Of a stretch of 64,000 bases of DNA, positions 37,999-48,923 are shown piece after piece. The translations under genes and the position numbers were made by a program. Each line of letters starts with the position of its first letter. The stretch's first letter is position 1. Under the pieces are notes generated by a model. The model searched no databases. It saw nothing but the letters and a program-made list of their open reading frames with translations, and was not told the DNA's origin. The DNA lies in assembly GCA_034432935.1 (NCBI GenBank), contig DAOUBD010000005.1, positions 1,054 to 65,053 on the forward strand. Direction: 5' to 3'. This DNA comes from Dehalococcoidia bacterium. Its GTDB lineage: Bacteria; Chloroflexota; Dehalococcoidia; SM23-28-2; RBG-16-64-32.

Positions 37999-39147
37999 TC
38001 ACGCCTTTGCTCGCACCCAGTCCTCGGCCCACTCCCTGGCCCAGGCATCGGCCGCCAGCACCTGGTCCAGCGATGGGTTCGGGGTGCTGCGATGGTTGCT
38101 GAGGGCGTCATCGATGAGGTGGGCTATATCCGGGAAGGGGATGTGTCCTGCCAGGAAGTGCTGCACCGCCACCTCATCGGCGGCCGCCAGGACCGCCGGG
38201 TAGGTGCCCCCCTGGCGGCCGGCCTCCAGGGCCAGGCGCAGGCAGGGGAAGCGTTTGGTGTCTGGCATGCCGAAGTTCAGGGTTCCTATCATCTCCAATT
38301 CGAGCCGTGGCACCGCCGCCCCCGGCAGCCTCTCCGGATAGGTCAGCGCGCACTGAATAGGTAGACGCATATCCGGCACCCCCAGTTGCGCCTTCACGGA
38401 GCCGTCGCGGAACTCCACCAACGAGTGGACGATGCTCTCCCGGTGGAGGAGGACGTCGATGCGCTCCAGGGGGACATCGAAGAGCCAGCGGGCCTCGATG
38501 CACTCCAGGCCCTTGTTCAAGAGGGTGGCGCTGTCCACGGTGATCTTTCGGCCCATCTGCCAGTTGGGGTGGCGCAGCGCCTCTTCCGCCGTGACCCTGG
38601 CCAGCTCTTCCGGACGCAGGTCCCGGAAGGGCCCGCCCGAGGCCGTGAGGACGATGCGCTCGACGCAGGCCGGGTCTTCACCCCAGAGGCACTGCCAGAT
38701 GGCTGAATGCTCGGAATCGATGGGCCTGATCTCGGCCTTGGCCCTCCGCGCCTCGGCGGTGACGATGTGGCCCGCCACCACCAGCACCTCTTTGTTAGCT
38801 ATGGCCACGTTCTTCCCCGCCCGCACGGCGGCCAGCGTTGGGCCGATCCCGGCGGCCCCCGCAGTGGCCACCACGACGATGTCCACCGAGGGGTGCGTCG
38901 CCATCTCTTCCATCTCCGCCCAGCGGGATGGCAGGTGGCCAGCCGCCGCCCTCTGCCGAAGGTACTGTCCCTCCCGGCTGGCGTACACGAAGGCCGGACG
39001 GAACTCGCGGGCCTGCTCTTCGAGGAGGGTGACGTTGTCGCCCGCCGCCAGGGCCACCACCCGGAACCGATCGGGCAGCGAACGCACCACGTCCAGCGTC
39101 TGGCGGCCGATGGAACCCGTGGAGCCCAGGATGGCCAGGCCCGTCAT
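37999..39147 (-). CDS. dxr: 1-deoxy-D-xylulose 5-phosphate reductoisomerase
   Basis: ILGSTGSIG NADPH motif within a Dxr architecture. Confidence 0.9.
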   Translation of the reverse strand: MTGLAILGSTGSIGRQTLDVVRSLPDRFRVVALAAGDNVTLLEEQAREFRPAFVYASREGQYLRQRAAAGHLPSRWAEMEEMATHPSVDIVVVATAGAAGIGPTLAAVRAGKNVAIANKEVLVVAGHIVTAEARRAKAEIRPIDSEHSAIWQCLWGEDPACVERIVLTASGGPFRDLRPEELARVTAEEALRHPNWQMGRKITVDSATLLNKGLECIEARWLFDVPLERIDVLLHRESIVHSLVEFRDGSVKAQLGVPDMRLPIQCALTYPERLPGAAVPRLELEMIGTLNFGMPDTKRFPCLRLALEAGRQGGTYPAVLAAADEVAVQHFLAGHIPFPDIAHLIDDALSNHRSTPNPSLDQVLAADAWAREWAEDWVRAKA

Positions 39148-39253
39148 CGGCGCGGGCTCCAAGGGCCAAGGCGCGGCCTGGCGAGGCAAGCCCTTTGCTT
39201 TCCTTGTGCGGGGGAGAGCCGCTTTGGGGAAGGCCAGCGGATGAGCACGGGCG

Positions 39254-40096
39254 CTAGCGGACGGCCCATATCACAAAATAGTATACCAAAGGGGCCGTGA
39301 AGAGGACGGCATCGATGCGGTCCAGGAAGCCGCCGTGTCCAGGGATGAGGTCGCTGGTGTCTTTTACGCCGGCGCCGCGCTTTATGAGGGACTCCGCCAG
39401 GTCTCCCAGGACGGCCGTAATGGGCAGCAGAATGCCCAGAGGGACGATGTGCCGCCAGGCGGCATCCAGGCCGGTAACCTGGTTGAGGGCGATGACGGAG
39501 GCGAAGCCGCCGATGAGGCCGGCGGCGGTTCCCTCCAGCGTCTTGCCGGGGCTGATGGCCGGCGCGATGCGCACGCGGCCCACGGCCCTCCCCACCAGAT
39601 AAGCTGCCGTATCGGCCCCGAAGGTGCTGAACACCGCCAGTAGGGCCCAGCGCCCATCGTCATCCAAAGCCCGCAGGAAGACCAGGTGCGACCCCAAGTA
39701 GCCGACGTAGGCCAGGCCGCTGACCGCCCACAGCCAGTCGCGGAGTCCGGTGAGGGGCTGCGCCTGGGCGACTTGGTAGAGGAAGATCAGCCCCACGGCG
39801 GCGGCGAAGGCCCCGGCCCATTCGTCGGCGCCCCGATCAGCGGCCACGGCGAGGCCCAGCACGGCGCCGGCGCCCAGTAGCGCCGGGGCGCGCTGGCGAT
39901 ACAAAGGGGGGGCGGGCCGCTGCATGCCGGGCGACGTGAGGGGCCGGGAAACGGGGTCGGTCACGGCGTAGAACTCGAGCACGGCCAACACCAGGATGAC
40001 AGCGACGGCAGCGGTATAGAGGGCGCCCCCAAGGAGGATCAGGGCCACGATGATGGGCACGCCCAGGACCGTTGTCAGAAGCCGCTGGGCGAGCAT
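39254..40096 (-). CDS. cdsA: phosphatidate cytidylyltransferase
   Basis: C-terminal signature KRGAGVKDTSDLIPGHGGFLDRID. Confidence 0.8.
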   Translation of the reverse strand: MLAQRLLTTVLGVPIIVALILLGGALYTAAVAVILVLAVLEFYAVTDPVSRPLTSPGMQRPAPPLYRQRAPALLGAGAVLGLAVAADRGADEWAGAFAAAVGLIFLYQVAQAQPLTGLRDWLWAVSGLAYVGYLGSHLVFLRALDDDGRWALLAVFSTFGADTAAYLVGRAVGRVRIAPAISPGKTLEGTAAGLIGGFASVIALNQVTGLDAAWRHIVPLGILLPITAVLGDLAESLIKRGAGVKDTSDLIPGHGGFLDRIDAVLFTAPLVYYFVIWAVR

Positions 40097-40102
40097 GCGG
40101 GG

Positions 40103-40948
40103 CTAGCCCGCACGGCCGTGGAGGCCGTTAGAGGGCGCTCGGCGGCTGCCGTTCTGGCGGCCGTCTGGGTCGCATGGCGGCCCGTCCACCTCGCCCGGCA
40201 AGAGGCCGCCGAACCTCCGGGCCCGCCGGCTGTAGGCCAAGAGGGCCTCGTCAACGTCCGGGATGTCGAAGTCCGGCCAGTACACAGGCGTGAAGTAGAA
40301 CTCCGCGTAAGCTCCCTGCCACAGGAGGAAGTTGGAGATGCGCATTTCGCCGGCGGTGCGGATAACCAGGTCCGGGTCCGGCAGGCCAGCGGTGGAGAGG
40401 TACGAGGCCACCAACGCCTCGTCGATCCGTTCGGCCGGGACGCCATCGCGGACGATACGGCGCACCGCCTCGACTATCTCAGCGCGGCCACCGTAGTTCC
40501 AGGCCAGAGCCAGGGTCATGCGCTGGTTGTCCTTGGTCAGCTCGATGGCCTCTCGCACCTGCTGCTGGAGCTTCGGCTTCAGGGGCGAGAGGTCGCCCAG
40601 GTGGACGAGACGTATCCCCTCGCGGTGCAGGTTCTCCAGCTCGCGCCTGAGAAATAACGAGAGGAGGCGCATTAAGCCCCGGACCTCATAGTCGGGGCGC
40701 TCCCAGTTCTCGGTGGAGAAGGCGTAGAGGGTCAGGCAGGGGATGCCGTAGTCGGCGAAGCGCTGGATGACCCGGCGGATGTTCTCCGTGCCGGCCCGGT
40801 GGCCGAAGAGGCGGGGCCGGCCCCGGGCACGCGCCCAGCGTCCGTTGCCGTCCATGATGATGGCGACGTGGTCTGGTATCGGCGATATCGGAAGGGGCGG
40901 GGCATGGGATGCCCTTCGCTTCCGGCTAAAGGAGATTGCTGTGGCCAT
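40103..40948 (-). CDS. uppS: isoprenyl transferase (undecaprenyl diphosphate synthase)
   Basis: Contains HVAIIMDGNGRWA, FSTENWERP and LLWQGAYAE. Confidence 0.9.
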   Translation of the reverse strand: MATAISFSRKRRASHAPPLPISPIPDHVAIIMDGNGRWARARGRPRLFGHRAGTENIRRVIQRFADYGIPCLTLYAFSTENWERPDYEVRGLMRLLSLFLRRELENLHREGIRLVHLGDLSPLKPKLQQQVREAIELTKDNQRMTLALAWNYGGRAEIVEAVRRIVRDGVPAERIDEALVASYLSTAGLPDPDLVIRTAGEMRISNFLLWQGAYAEFYFTPVYWPDFDIPDVDEALLAYSRRARRFGGLLPGEVDGPPCDPDGRQNGSRRAPSNGLHGRAG

Positions 40949-40999
40949 CTTTGTTCACAAGTATAACGTTGCAGGCGGGGCATGGGTGGCGCGCCGCGT

Positions 41000-41557
41000 T
41001 TAGACTGTAAGGAGTTCCTTCTCCTTCTCCTCGCCGATCTTATCGATCTCCTTGATCTGCTCGTCCGTCAGCTTCTGGAGCTCGGCCTCTGCGCGATGGA
41101 GCTCGTCTTGGGAGATCTCGTGATCATGTTCCAGGCGGCGCAGGTGCTCGTGCACATCCCGGCGGATGTTGCGCACCGCCACCCGTGCTTCCTCCACCCG
41201 TTTGCGCACGTGGCGCACCAGCTCCCGCCGCCTTTCCTCCGTAAGGGGCGGGATGGACAGACGTATCACGGTGCCGTCGTTGTTGGGGGTTAGCCCCAGG
41301 TCCGACTTGAGGATGGCCTTCTCGATGGCCCCGATGCTGGTGCGGTCGTAGGGCTGGATGACTAGCAGGCGGGCGTCGGGGGCGGTGATAGTGGCCAGTT
41401 GGTTGAGGGGGGTGGGCGTCCCATAGTAGTCCACCCGCAGGTGCTCGACGATGCCAGGGCTGGCCCGGCCCGTGCGGACAGCGGCCAGCTCGTGGACTAG
41501 GGCCTCGACGGCCTTATGCATGCGGGCCTTGGCCTCGCTAAGCTGCTGCTGTTCCAT
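41000..41557 (-). CDS. frr: ribosome recycling factor
   Basis: 185 aa with a typical RRF sequence ([20 protein letters not shown]). Confidence 0.9.
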   Translation of the reverse strand: MEQQQLSEAKARMHKAVEALVHELAAVRTGRASPGIVEHLRVDYYGTPTPLNQLATITAPDARLLVIQPYDRTSIGAIEKAILKSDLGLTPNNDGTVIRLSIPPLTEERRRELVRHVRKRVEEARVAVRNIRRDVHEHLRRLEHDHEISQDELHRAEAELQKLTDEQIKEIDKIGEEKEKELLTV

Positions 41558-41573
41558 GGCTTCTGCTCCTGCC

Positions 41574-42341
41574 TCAGCGGCTGCGGCGGGCTACCGGCGC
41601 CTCCTCCAGCACGGTCTCCAGGTCGCCCACCCTGGTGCCGGCATGGGCCCCCGCAGCGACCCGCTCGATGGAGTGAGGTATGCGGAGGTCGAACACCACC
41701 ACCGGCAAGTGGTTCTCCATACACAGGGAGAGGGCGGTGGAGTCCATGACGGCCACCCGGCGGTTGAGGGCGTCTAGGTACGACAGGGTGCGGAACTTGC
41801 GGGCGCTGGGGTCCTTGAAGGGGTCGTTCTCGTAGACGCCATCGACGTTCTTCTTGGCCATAAGCAGGACATCGGCGTCGATCTCGATGGCCCTCAGGGC
41901 GGCTGCTGTGTCCGTCGTCATGTACGGATTGCCGGTTCCGGCGGCAAAGATGACCACCCGGCCCTTCTCCAGGTGGCGGATGGCCCGTCGGCGGATGTAG
42001 GGCTCGGCCAGGGCTGTGACAGTGATGGCCGACTGGGTTCGCACGGTGATGCCGTGGCGCTCGAGCGCGTCCTGGAGGGCGAGGGCGTTGATGATTGTGG
42101 CCAGCATGCCGGCGTAGTCCCCTGTAGCCCGGTCCATCCCGGCCGCCGAGGCTGTGGCGCCCCGGAAGATGTTGCCGCCACCCACCACGATGGCCACCTG
42201 GGTGCCCTGCTCCTGGACCTTCTTTATCTGTTGGGCGATGTTGTCCAGGGTGGCCGGGTCGATACCGTAGGGTAGGTCCCCCTGTAGCGCCTCGCCACTG
42301 AGCTTGAGGAGGATCCGTTTGTAGGGAGGATCAGCGCTCAT
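41574..42341 (-). CDS. pyrH: UMP kinase
   Basis: Contains [10 protein letters not shown] and [10 protein letters not shown]. Confidence 0.9.
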   Translation of the reverse strand: MSADPPYKRILLKLSGEALQGDLPYGIDPATLDNIAQQIKKVQEQGTQVAIVVGGGNIFRGATASAAGMDRATGDYAGMLATIINALALQDALERHGITVRTQSAITVTALAEPYIRRRAIRHLEKGRVVIFAAGTGNPYMTTDTAAALRAIEIDADVLLMAKKNVDGVYENDPFKDPSARKFRTLSYLDALNRRVAVMDSTALSLCMENHLPVVVFDLRIPHSIERVAAGAHAGTRVGDLETVLEEAPVARRSR

Positions 42342-42359
42342 GCCGGCCTCACCGGAACC

Positions 42360-42863
42360 TTAGCGGCCCAGTTCGAACCGGGCGAAGCGGCGGATGCGGA
42401 TGTTCTCGCCTGTCTTGGCTATGACTTCCCGGACCAGGTCCTCGACGGTGCGGGACTCGTCCTGAAGAAGGGGCTGCTCCATAAGGCAGACCTGCTTTGG
42501 GTCGTCAGTGCTGTCGGGTGGCATCTCGTCGCGGGAAACGAAGAGGGGCGCCGCGCCGGCCACCTGGAGGGCGATCTGCTGCACCAGGGTCTTGAAGTCG
42601 TCCGTGCGGGCCACAAAGTCGGACTCGCAGTTCACCTCCACCAGGGCGCCCAGCCGGCCGTTGTGGTGGAGATAGGCGTGGACGAGGCCCTCGGCGGTCA
42701 CCCTCTCGGCCCGCTTGGCGGCCAGGGCAAAGCCCTTCTCCCGCAAGATGGCCTTGGCCTTCTCGATGTCGCCGTTGCTGTCCTCCAAGGCTTTCTTGCA
42801 GTCCAGCATGCCGGCGCCTGTCAGATCGCGCAGTTCCTTAACAGTAGAAGCGGATATCGCCAT
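42360..42863 (-). CDS. tsf: translation elongation factor Ts (short form)
   Basis: N-terminal UBA-like VKELRDLTGAGMLDCKKAL, 167 aa. Confidence 0.8.
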   Translation of the reverse strand: MAISASTVKELRDLTGAGMLDCKKALEDSNGDIEKAKAILREKGFALAAKRAERVTAEGLVHAYLHHNGRLGALVEVNCESDFVARTDDFKTLVQQIALQVAGAAPLFVSRDEMPPDSTDDPKQVCLMEQPLLQDESRTVEDLVREVIAKTGENIRIRRFARFELGR

Positions 42864-42881
42864 GATACAAAGCTCCAGGAA

Positions 42882-43715
42882 TCAGCCGGCGGCGCTGCCG
42901 GGCTCGGTTTCTTCTTGAGAGGCTGCTTCGGGCTCCGGCTCCGCCTCGCTGGGGAACGGCTCATCGGGGGTGGCCAGGTACCCAGTCTCGGTGTAGGCGC
43001 TGACCTCCACCTCCTCGGCCTCCAGGGCGGCCTGCTGGGCGTACTCCCGGGCCGTCAGCCCCTCCAGGACGGAGTCGGCGATGCGGGCGGTGATGAGCTT
43101 TATGGCCCTGATGGCATCATCGTTGGATGGGATGGGGTAGTCGATGACGTCAGGGTCGCAGTTGGTGTCCACCAGGGCGATGATGGGGATGCCCATGCGC
43201 ACTGCCTCGGCGACGGCGATGTCCTCCTTCGTGGTGTCGATGATGAAGACCGCCGCGGGCAGCGAGGTCATCTCCTTGATCCCGCCCAGGTAGCGGTTGA
43301 GCCGTTGGATCTCCTCTTCCTTCTGGAGACGGTCCTTCTTGCTGAGGTGGTCCAGTTCGCCCCTGGCCTTGGCGTCCTCGAGGCGCACCAGATAGTCGAT
43401 GCGCCCCTGAATGGTGTTGAAGTTGGTGAGGGTGCCCCCCAGCCAACGGGTGGTGACGTAGGGCATCCCGCACCGTTTGGCCTCGGACTCGATGGTGTCC
43501 TGGGCCTGGCGCTTGGTGCCCACAAAGAGGACGGTGCCGCCGTTGGCCACCACGTCGCGCACGAAGTTGCAGGCCGCCTCCAGGCGTTCGACGGTCTGCT
43601 GAAGATCGATGATATGGATGCCGTTGCGCTCAGAGAAGATGAACTTGCGCATCTTGGGGTTCCAGCGCCTGGTCTGGTGCCCAAAATGCACACCTGCTTC
43701 CAGCAGGGCTTTCAT
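42882..43715 (-). CDS. rpsB: 30S ribosomal protein S2
   Basis: Contains [22 protein letters not shown]. Has an acidic C-terminal tail. The longest-ORF N-terminal extension was rejected. Confidence 0.9.
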   Translation of the reverse strand: MKALLEAGVHFGHQTRRWNPKMRKFIFSERNGIHIIDLQQTVERLEAACNFVRDVVANGGTVLFVGTKRQAQDTIESEAKRCGMPYVTTRWLGGTLTNFNTIQGRIDYLVRLEDAKARGELDHLSKKDRLQKEEEIQRLNRYLGGIKEMTSLPAAVFIIDTTKEDIAVAEAVRMGIPIIALVDTNCDPDVIDYPIPSNDDAIRAIKLITARIADSVLEGLTAREYAQQAALEAEEVEVSAYTETGYLATPDEPFPSEAEPEPEAASQEETEPGSAAG

Positions 43716-43939
43716 AGATATCGGTGCAGGCAAATAGAGTCTCCCTTCGCAGTGTCCAACCGCGTAGTATATCAGGAGCGCCCTCGTGGCCACAAGGCGG
43801 CCAGCGTGGCGCCGGCGCTCTGCCCGACCCGGCCTGGCGCCGCCGCCTGCGCCTTGCGGCTCTATCTTAGCCTCTGCTATATTTGAGGCGAGGGCTGCCC
43901 GCACGGGCGGTCTTTATTACACCCAGGTGCAGGAGGTCG

Positions 43940-44227
43940 ATGGCGTTGCCTGTCTACGAGTACCGGTGCAATGGCGGTCACGAGTACGAGAAGACTGAGG
44001 GCTTTGACGCGCCGTCCGTCCAGACGTGCCCGGATTGCGGCGCCGAGGCCCGCCGTCTCCTCAGTGTGCCCGCCGTGATCTTCAAGGGCTCTGGCTTTTA
44101 CAGCACCGATAACCGTAAGTCTTGGAGCGGCGGCAACGGCTCCCGCTCCGGCGGGTCCGAGGACGGCCACGGACACGAAAGCGCCAACGGCTCCGACGCT
44201 AAGTCCGGGGCGATTACTGCGGAGTAA
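43940..44227 (+). CDS. FmdB-family zinc-ribbon protein
   Basis: YEYRCNGGHEYEK...CPDCG CxxC pairs followed by a Gly/Ser-rich tail. Confidence 0.6.
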   Translation: MALPVYEYRCNGGHEYEKTEGFDAPSVQTCPDCGAEARRLLSVPAVIFKGSGFYSTDNRKSWSGGNGSRSGGSEDGHGHESANGSDAKSGAITAE

Positions 44228-44249
44228 CAGCCCCTTTTCTGCCACCAAC

Positions 44250-44275
44250 GCCGCCCCTGCCAGGGGCGGTTTTCC
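44250..44275 (+). terminator. rho-independent terminator candidate (GC hairpin CCGCCCCTG/CAGGGGCGG + TTTT)
   Basis: Read from the sequence, immediately downstream of the FmdB-like gene. Confidence 0.45.
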
Positions 44276-44327
44276 GTTTCTCCCCTGACCCCTTCCCCCT
44301 AGAGCCGGAGAGGGGCATGATCCAGAC

Positions 44328-44792
44328 ATGCGCGTCGTGCTACAGCGGGTCAGCCGGGCTTCGGTGCGAGCCGGGGGCGACACCCTGGCCTCCATCGGCC
44401 GGGGGCTTCTTCTCCTGGTAGGGGTCGAGACTGGGGACGCCGAGGCCGAAGCGTTACGTTTGGCGGAGAAGTGCGCTGGCCTGCGGGTGTTCCCTGACGC
44501 CGAGGGCAGGTTCAGCCTGTCTTTGCAGGATGTAGGTGGCGAGGCCCTCGTGGTGAGCCAGTTCACCCTCTTGGCTGATGTCCGCCGGGGCCGCCGACCC
44601 AGCTTCGCCCAAGCGGCCCAGCCGGAGCTGGCGGAGCCCCTGGTGGAGGCCTTCGCGCGAGCCATGCGGGAGGCCGGAGTGGCGGTGCAGACGGGCCGTT
44701 TCGGCGCCATGATGGAGGTGGAACTGGTGAACGATGGCCCCGTAACCATCGTGCTGGACAGCCGCGAACTCCAGCGGCCCCGTAGGCAGTAA
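44328..44792 (+). CDS. dtd: D-aminoacyl-tRNA deacylase
   Basis: Contains MRVVLQRV and SQFTLLAD. Confidence 0.85.
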   Translation: MRVVLQRVSRASVRAGGDTLASIGRGLLLLVGVETGDAEAEALRLAEKCAGLRVFPDAEGRFSLSLQDVGGEALVVSQFTLLADVRRGRRPSFAQAAQPELAEPLVEAFARAMREAGVAVQTGRFGAMMEVELVNDGPVTIVLDSRELQRPRRQ

Positions 44793-44825
44793 CGGCTGGG
44801 TAGGCCGATGGTCCGCGCCTCGCTC

Positions 44826-45755
44826 CTATAGGGGCTCTACCTCCAAGCTCAGGTCCAGCGCCTTAGCCGAGTGGGTGACGGCCCCCATCGAAATGTAGTC
44901 CACGCCCGTCTCCGCTACCGTCCGGGCGTTGGCGAGGGTGATCCCCCCCGATGCCTCGAGGGCGGGCCGGTGCTCCAGCCGCCCCATGAGGACTACCACC
45001 TCTCGCATCTGGGAGGGCGTCATGTTGTCCAAGAGAAGTTCGTTCGCGCCGGCCTTGGCCGCCCGCTGGGCCTCCTCCACCGTGGTGACCTCTACCTCGA
45101 TCCGCATGTTGGGTTGGGCCCGGCGCAACAGTCGCACGGCGTCCTCGATGTACAACCCACGGGCCCGCAGGGCAGCCAGGTGGTTGTCCTTCACTAGTAT
45201 GCCGTCGGCCAGGCTCATCCGGTGGTTAAGGCCGCCGCCCATGCGCACAGCGTACTTCTGGAGGGAGCGCAGCCCAGGGATCGTCTTGCGGGTATCTCGG
45301 AGACGGCACTTGGTGCCCCTCAGTTCGCGCACGACAGCCGCCGTGGCGGTGGCGATGCCGCTGAGGTGGCAGAGGAAGTTGAGGGCCACTCGCTCAGCTC
45401 GCAAGATGGAGGCTAAGCACCCCTCCACCATAGCGACGTGCTGGCCCTCGGTCACAACCTGGCCGTCCTCCACCGGTGCTGACCAGCGGAGCCTGGGGTC
45501 GGCGGCTGCAAAGGTGGCCCGGGCTAAGGGCAGTCCGGCGATGACGCCGGGCGCCTTGGCTACGATGACCCCGCGGCCCTCTTGGTCCTCGGGCACCAGG
45601 GCATCGGAGGTGATATCCTGCCAGGCGCGGTCCTCCATGAGGGCGCTTTCCGCCAGCCGGCGCAGGTGGGTCTCATCGAGCAACACCTCCCTGTCCTGGC
45701 TGACGGTGTGGATAAGGGAGCGGTCGATGCTGCGCCGCTCTCCCTGGCGTTCCAT
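44826..45755 (-). CDS. nadC: nicotinate-nucleotide diphosphorylase (carboxylating)
   Basis: Quinolinate phosphoribosyltransferase (QAPRTase) fold. The start is taken at MERQGERR. Confidence 0.85.
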   Translation of the reverse strand: MERQGERRSIDRSLIHTVSQDREVLLDETHLRRLAESALMEDRAWQDITSDALVPEDQEGRGVIVAKAPGVIAGLPLARATFAAADPRLRWSAPVEDGQVVTEGQHVAMVEGCLASILRAERVALNFLCHLSGIATATAAVVRELRGTKCRLRDTRKTIPGLRSLQKYAVRMGGGLNHRMSLADGILVKDNHLAALRARGLYIEDAVRLLRRAQPNMRIEVEVTTVEEAQRAAKAGANELLLDNMTPSQMREVVVLMGRLEHRPALEASGGITLANARTVAETGVDYISMGAVTHSAKALDLSLEVEPL

Positions 45756-46072
45756 GGTGGGGCCCTCCTCTTGGGATTGTCCGGCCAAAGGGCGAAGGGG
45801 TCAAGGGGATCGGCGGCGCTAGGGGTTTCGTCCAGCCCGCCCGCCATGATAACCCGGGAGAAAGAAAAGCTTCCCGGGGATTAGGCGGGCGCTTGGGGAG
45901 TTCTAGGTCTCGACTGGGCGTCTGGTCGCCCATCCGCTCCCTCGAGTCCCTTCCTCCGTCGCGCCTGCCCGGTCGGGAAGCTGAGGCCATTGTCGGCCGG
46001 CGTACTGAAGGGGGTCAACCGCTTTTTCCACACCCTCCACAAATCCACAGGAGAACCGTAGCCCCGGGGTGT

Positions 46073-47632
46073 TTAGAGACGGCGCCGGAAGACGATGTGC
46101 CGGTGCCATTCCTCTCGCGGCTCCGGAAAGTCGCTGCGATAGTGGGCGCCGCGCGATTCCCGCCGCATGAGCGCGGCCTCCGCGACCAGCCGGGCGCATG
46201 TCAGGAGGTCGGCCACTTCCTGCGAGGGTCGGTCTCTTGGCTCGGGGAGGACGGCTTGCCAGGCTGCCAGCGTGGCCTTGGCCCGGGAGAGGGACGCTGC
46301 GTCCCGCACGATCCCTACGTCGCGCCACATCAGCTCTTGTATATCCTCGCGGCCCGGCGGGCCCGCCACCTGGCTGGCCATCTCTCCTGCCGCCTCCAAG
46401 GGATCGCTCAGGTCGGTGGCGTCCTGGGTCTCCGGGGTCTTGCCGCCGGGCGCCTCTTGCGTGCGCCGCACCACGCGTTTGGCAAAGACCACCGTCTCCA
46501 GAAGGGAGTTGGAAGCGAGCCGGTTGGCGCCGTGCACGCCGGTGCAGGCGCACTCACCGCAGGCATAGAGCCCTCGAACGGTGGTCTCGCCCCAGGTGTT
46601 GGTCCGGATGCCGCCCATGGTGTAGTGGGCGGCGGGCGACACCGGAATCGGCTGGCGGGTGATGTCCAGGCCCGCGTCCTTGCAGAAGCGGTAGATCTGG
46701 GGGAAGCGGGCCATCACCAGGTTGGGGTCCAAGTGGGTGACATCTAGGAGCACGTAGTCGGCGCCCGTTTTGCGCATGCGGTCCAGGATGGCCCTGGCCA
46801 CAATGTCCCTGGGGGCCAGCTCTGCCTTGGGGTGGTAGGAGGGCATGAATCGTTCGCCGTTGATGTCGCGCAAGATCCCGCCTTCCCCCCGCACCGCCTC
46901 CGAGATGAGGAAGGGTTGCACGCCGGGCAGGCGCAGGGCGGTGGGGTGGAACTGGAAGAACTCCATATCCATCACCTCCGCCCCAGCGCGGTAGGCCAGA
47001 GCGATGCCGTCGCCGGTGGCCACCTGTGGGTTGGTGGAGACTCGGTATAGCTGGCCGGCCCCGCCTGTGGCCAGGACCAGGTGGCGGCAGGTGTAGGCCC
47101 GCCGTTCGCCGGTCCGGGTGTCCAGGGCCCGGATGCCAACAGCGTCATCGCCCTCGCCCCGCAGGAGCTCCGTTGCGATGGTGTACTCCAGGACCGTGAT
47201 CCCCTCCTGGCGGGCGACGGAGGAGAGGGTGAGCTCGATGTACTGGCCAGTGGAATCGCCGCCGGCATGGAGGACTCGCGGCAGCGAGTGGGCGCCCTCG
47301 CGGGCCAGGGCGATCTCCCCGTGAACGGTGTCGAAGGGCACGCCGAAGTGGACGAGATCGCGTATACGGTCGGCGGCCTCGTTGACCAGGACGCGGGCCG
47401 CCTCCAGGTCTACCAGGCCCGCGCCGGCCTCCACCGTATCGCGCAGGTGGATCTCCGGCGAATCGCCGGGGCCGATGGGCGCAGCTATACCCCCCTGCGC
47501 CCAGCGCGTGTTGCAGTCGTCGATACTCCCCTTAGTCAGCACCAGGACGGAGCCGTGCTCCCGCGCCAGCAAGGCGGCGTAGAGGCCGGCGATGCCTGAG
47601 CCGACGATGATGTAATCGTAATCGGGGTACAC
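46073..47632 (-). CDS. nadB: L-aspartate oxidase
   Basis: FAD motif DYIIVGSGIAGL and HYTMGG. Confidence 0.9.
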   Translation of the reverse strand: MYPDYDYIIVGSGIAGLYAALLAREHGSVLVLTKGSIDDCNTRWAQGGIAAPIGPGDSPEIHLRDTVEAGAGLVDLEAARVLVNEAADRIRDLVHFGVPFDTVHGEIALAREGAHSLPRVLHAGGDSTGQYIELTLSSVARQEGITVLEYTIATELLRGEGDDAVGIRALDTRTGERRAYTCRHLVLATGGAGQLYRVSTNPQVATGDGIALAYRAGAEVMDMEFFQFHPTALRLPGVQPFLISEAVRGEGGILRDINGERFMPSYHPKAELAPRDIVARAILDRMRKTGADYVLLDVTHLDPNLVMARFPQIYRFCKDAGLDITRQPIPVSPAAHYTMGGIRTNTWGETTVRGLYACGECACTGVHGANRLASNSLLETVVFAKRVVRRTQEAPGGKTPETQDATDLSDPLEAAGEMASQVAGPPGREDIQELMWRDVGIVRDAASLSRAKATLAAWQAVLPEPRDRPSQEVADLLTCARLVAEAALMRRESRGAHYRSDFPEPREEWHRHIVFRRRL

Positions 47633-47699
47633 AGCTCACCCCCTAGGACGAGAAAGCCCCAGCCCGAGGGCTGGGGCGCCTGCTCGCTTCCATCTCCGC

Positions 47700-48923
47700 C
47701 TACCGCACCGCCAGCATCCGCTCCAAGGCGATGCGAGCGTATCTGGCCGTCTCTTCGTCAACCTTTACCTGGTTCACGATGCGGCCTTCGACCAGCTCGT
47801 CGAGCACCCAGGCCAGGTATGCCGGGTGGATCCGGTACATCGTGGCGCAGGGGCAGACCACCGGATCCAGGCAGAAGACCAGCTTGTCCGGGTTCTCGCG
47901 GGCCAGGCGGGAGACTAGGTTGATCTCGGTGCCCACCGCGAACTTGGAGCCGGGCGGAGCGTTGGTTATCGTCTTGGCGATGAACTCCGTTGAGCCGTCG
48001 AGGTCCGCCGCCTGCACGACCTCCATGCGGCACTCAGGGTGCACTATAACCGTGATGCCGGGGTGCTCGCGGCGCGCCTTCTCTATCTGCTGGACGGTAA
48101 ACCGCATGTGGACCGAGCAGTGGCCCTTCCAGAGGATGACCCTGGCCCGCTCCAACCGCTCGCGGGTGTTCCCGCCTAGGGACCCATAGGGGAGGGTGTA
48201 GTCCCAGACCACCATCTCTTCCAGGGGGATGCCGTGTTTGAGGCCGGTGTTACGGCCGAGGTGCTGGTCTGGGAAGAAGAGGAGCTTTTCGCCCCGCTGG
48301 AAGGCCCATTCGTAGACCTTGGTGGCGTTGGAAGAGGTGCAGACGATGCCGCCGTTCTTGCCGCAGAAGGCCTTGAGGGCAGCGGCCGAATTCATGTAGG
48401 TGATGGGGACGATGCCCTCGATCCCGGCCTCGTTCAGCTCCTCCCAGCAGGCGTAGACATCCTCGGGGTCCGCCATGTCGGCCATGGAGCACCCGGCGGA
48501 CATGTTGGGCAGGATCACTTTCTGGTGTGGCGCCGACAGTATGTCGGCCGATTCGGCCATGAAGTGGACCCCACAGAAGACGATAAACTCCGCCTCCGGC
48601 CGCTCCGCCGCCCAGCGGGAGAGGTTGAAGGAGTCGCCCCGGAAGTCGGCAAACTGGATGATGTCCTCCCGCTGGTAGTGATGGCCCAGCACGACGCAGC
48701 GGGTGCCCAGTTTGCGGCGGGCTTCAGCGATGCGGGCCTTGAGGGCGGCGCCGTCCAGGTGCCAGTAGGTTTGTGGGATGTCCTTCTGCCAGAAGGCGAA
48801 GGCGCGCTCCTCGGCCAGCGGCCGCGTCTCGATGGGACGGTCGATGACGCACTCGTTGGCCTCGTTGAGGAGGGCCTCCTCGGTGACTAAGGTGATGGGT
48901 TCTGTCTCTGTCCTGGTTACCAT
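47700..48923 (-). CDS. nadA: quinolinate synthase (long N-terminal form)
   Basis: Contains VLGHHYQ and VHPEC. The start is uncertain: the ORF begins at 48974, with MVTRTETE at 48923. Confidence 0.8.
   Translation of the reverse strand: MVTRTETEPITLVTEEALLNEANECVIDRPIETRPLAEERAFAFWQKDIPQTYWHLDGAALKARIAEARRKLGTRCVVLGHHYQREDIIQFADFRGDSFNLSRWAAERPEAEFIVFCGVHFMAESADILSAPHQKVILPNMSAGCSMADMADPEDVYACWEELNEAGIEGIVPITYMNSAAALKAFCGKNGGIVCTSSNATKVYEWAFQRGEKLLFFPDQHLGRNTGLKHGIPLEEMVVWDYTLPYGSLGGNTRERLERARVILWKGHCSVHMRFTVQQIEKARREHPGITVIVHPECRMEVVQAADLDGSTEFIAKTITNAPPGSKFAVGTEINLVSRLARENPDKLVFCLDPVVCPCATMYRIHPAYLAWVLDELVEGRIVNQVKVDEETARYARIALERMLAVR

Noticed and set aside
43716-43904. 63-aa extension upstream of the rpsB start
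   Set aside because: S2 proteins start at [14 protein letters not shown], and the extension has no SD or homology.
44250-44275. Considered whether the GC hairpin after the FmdB-like gene is another copy of the interspersed repeat
   Set aside because: The sequence is unrelated to hairpins A and B and has a downstream T-tract, so it is kept as an ordinary intrinsic terminator.
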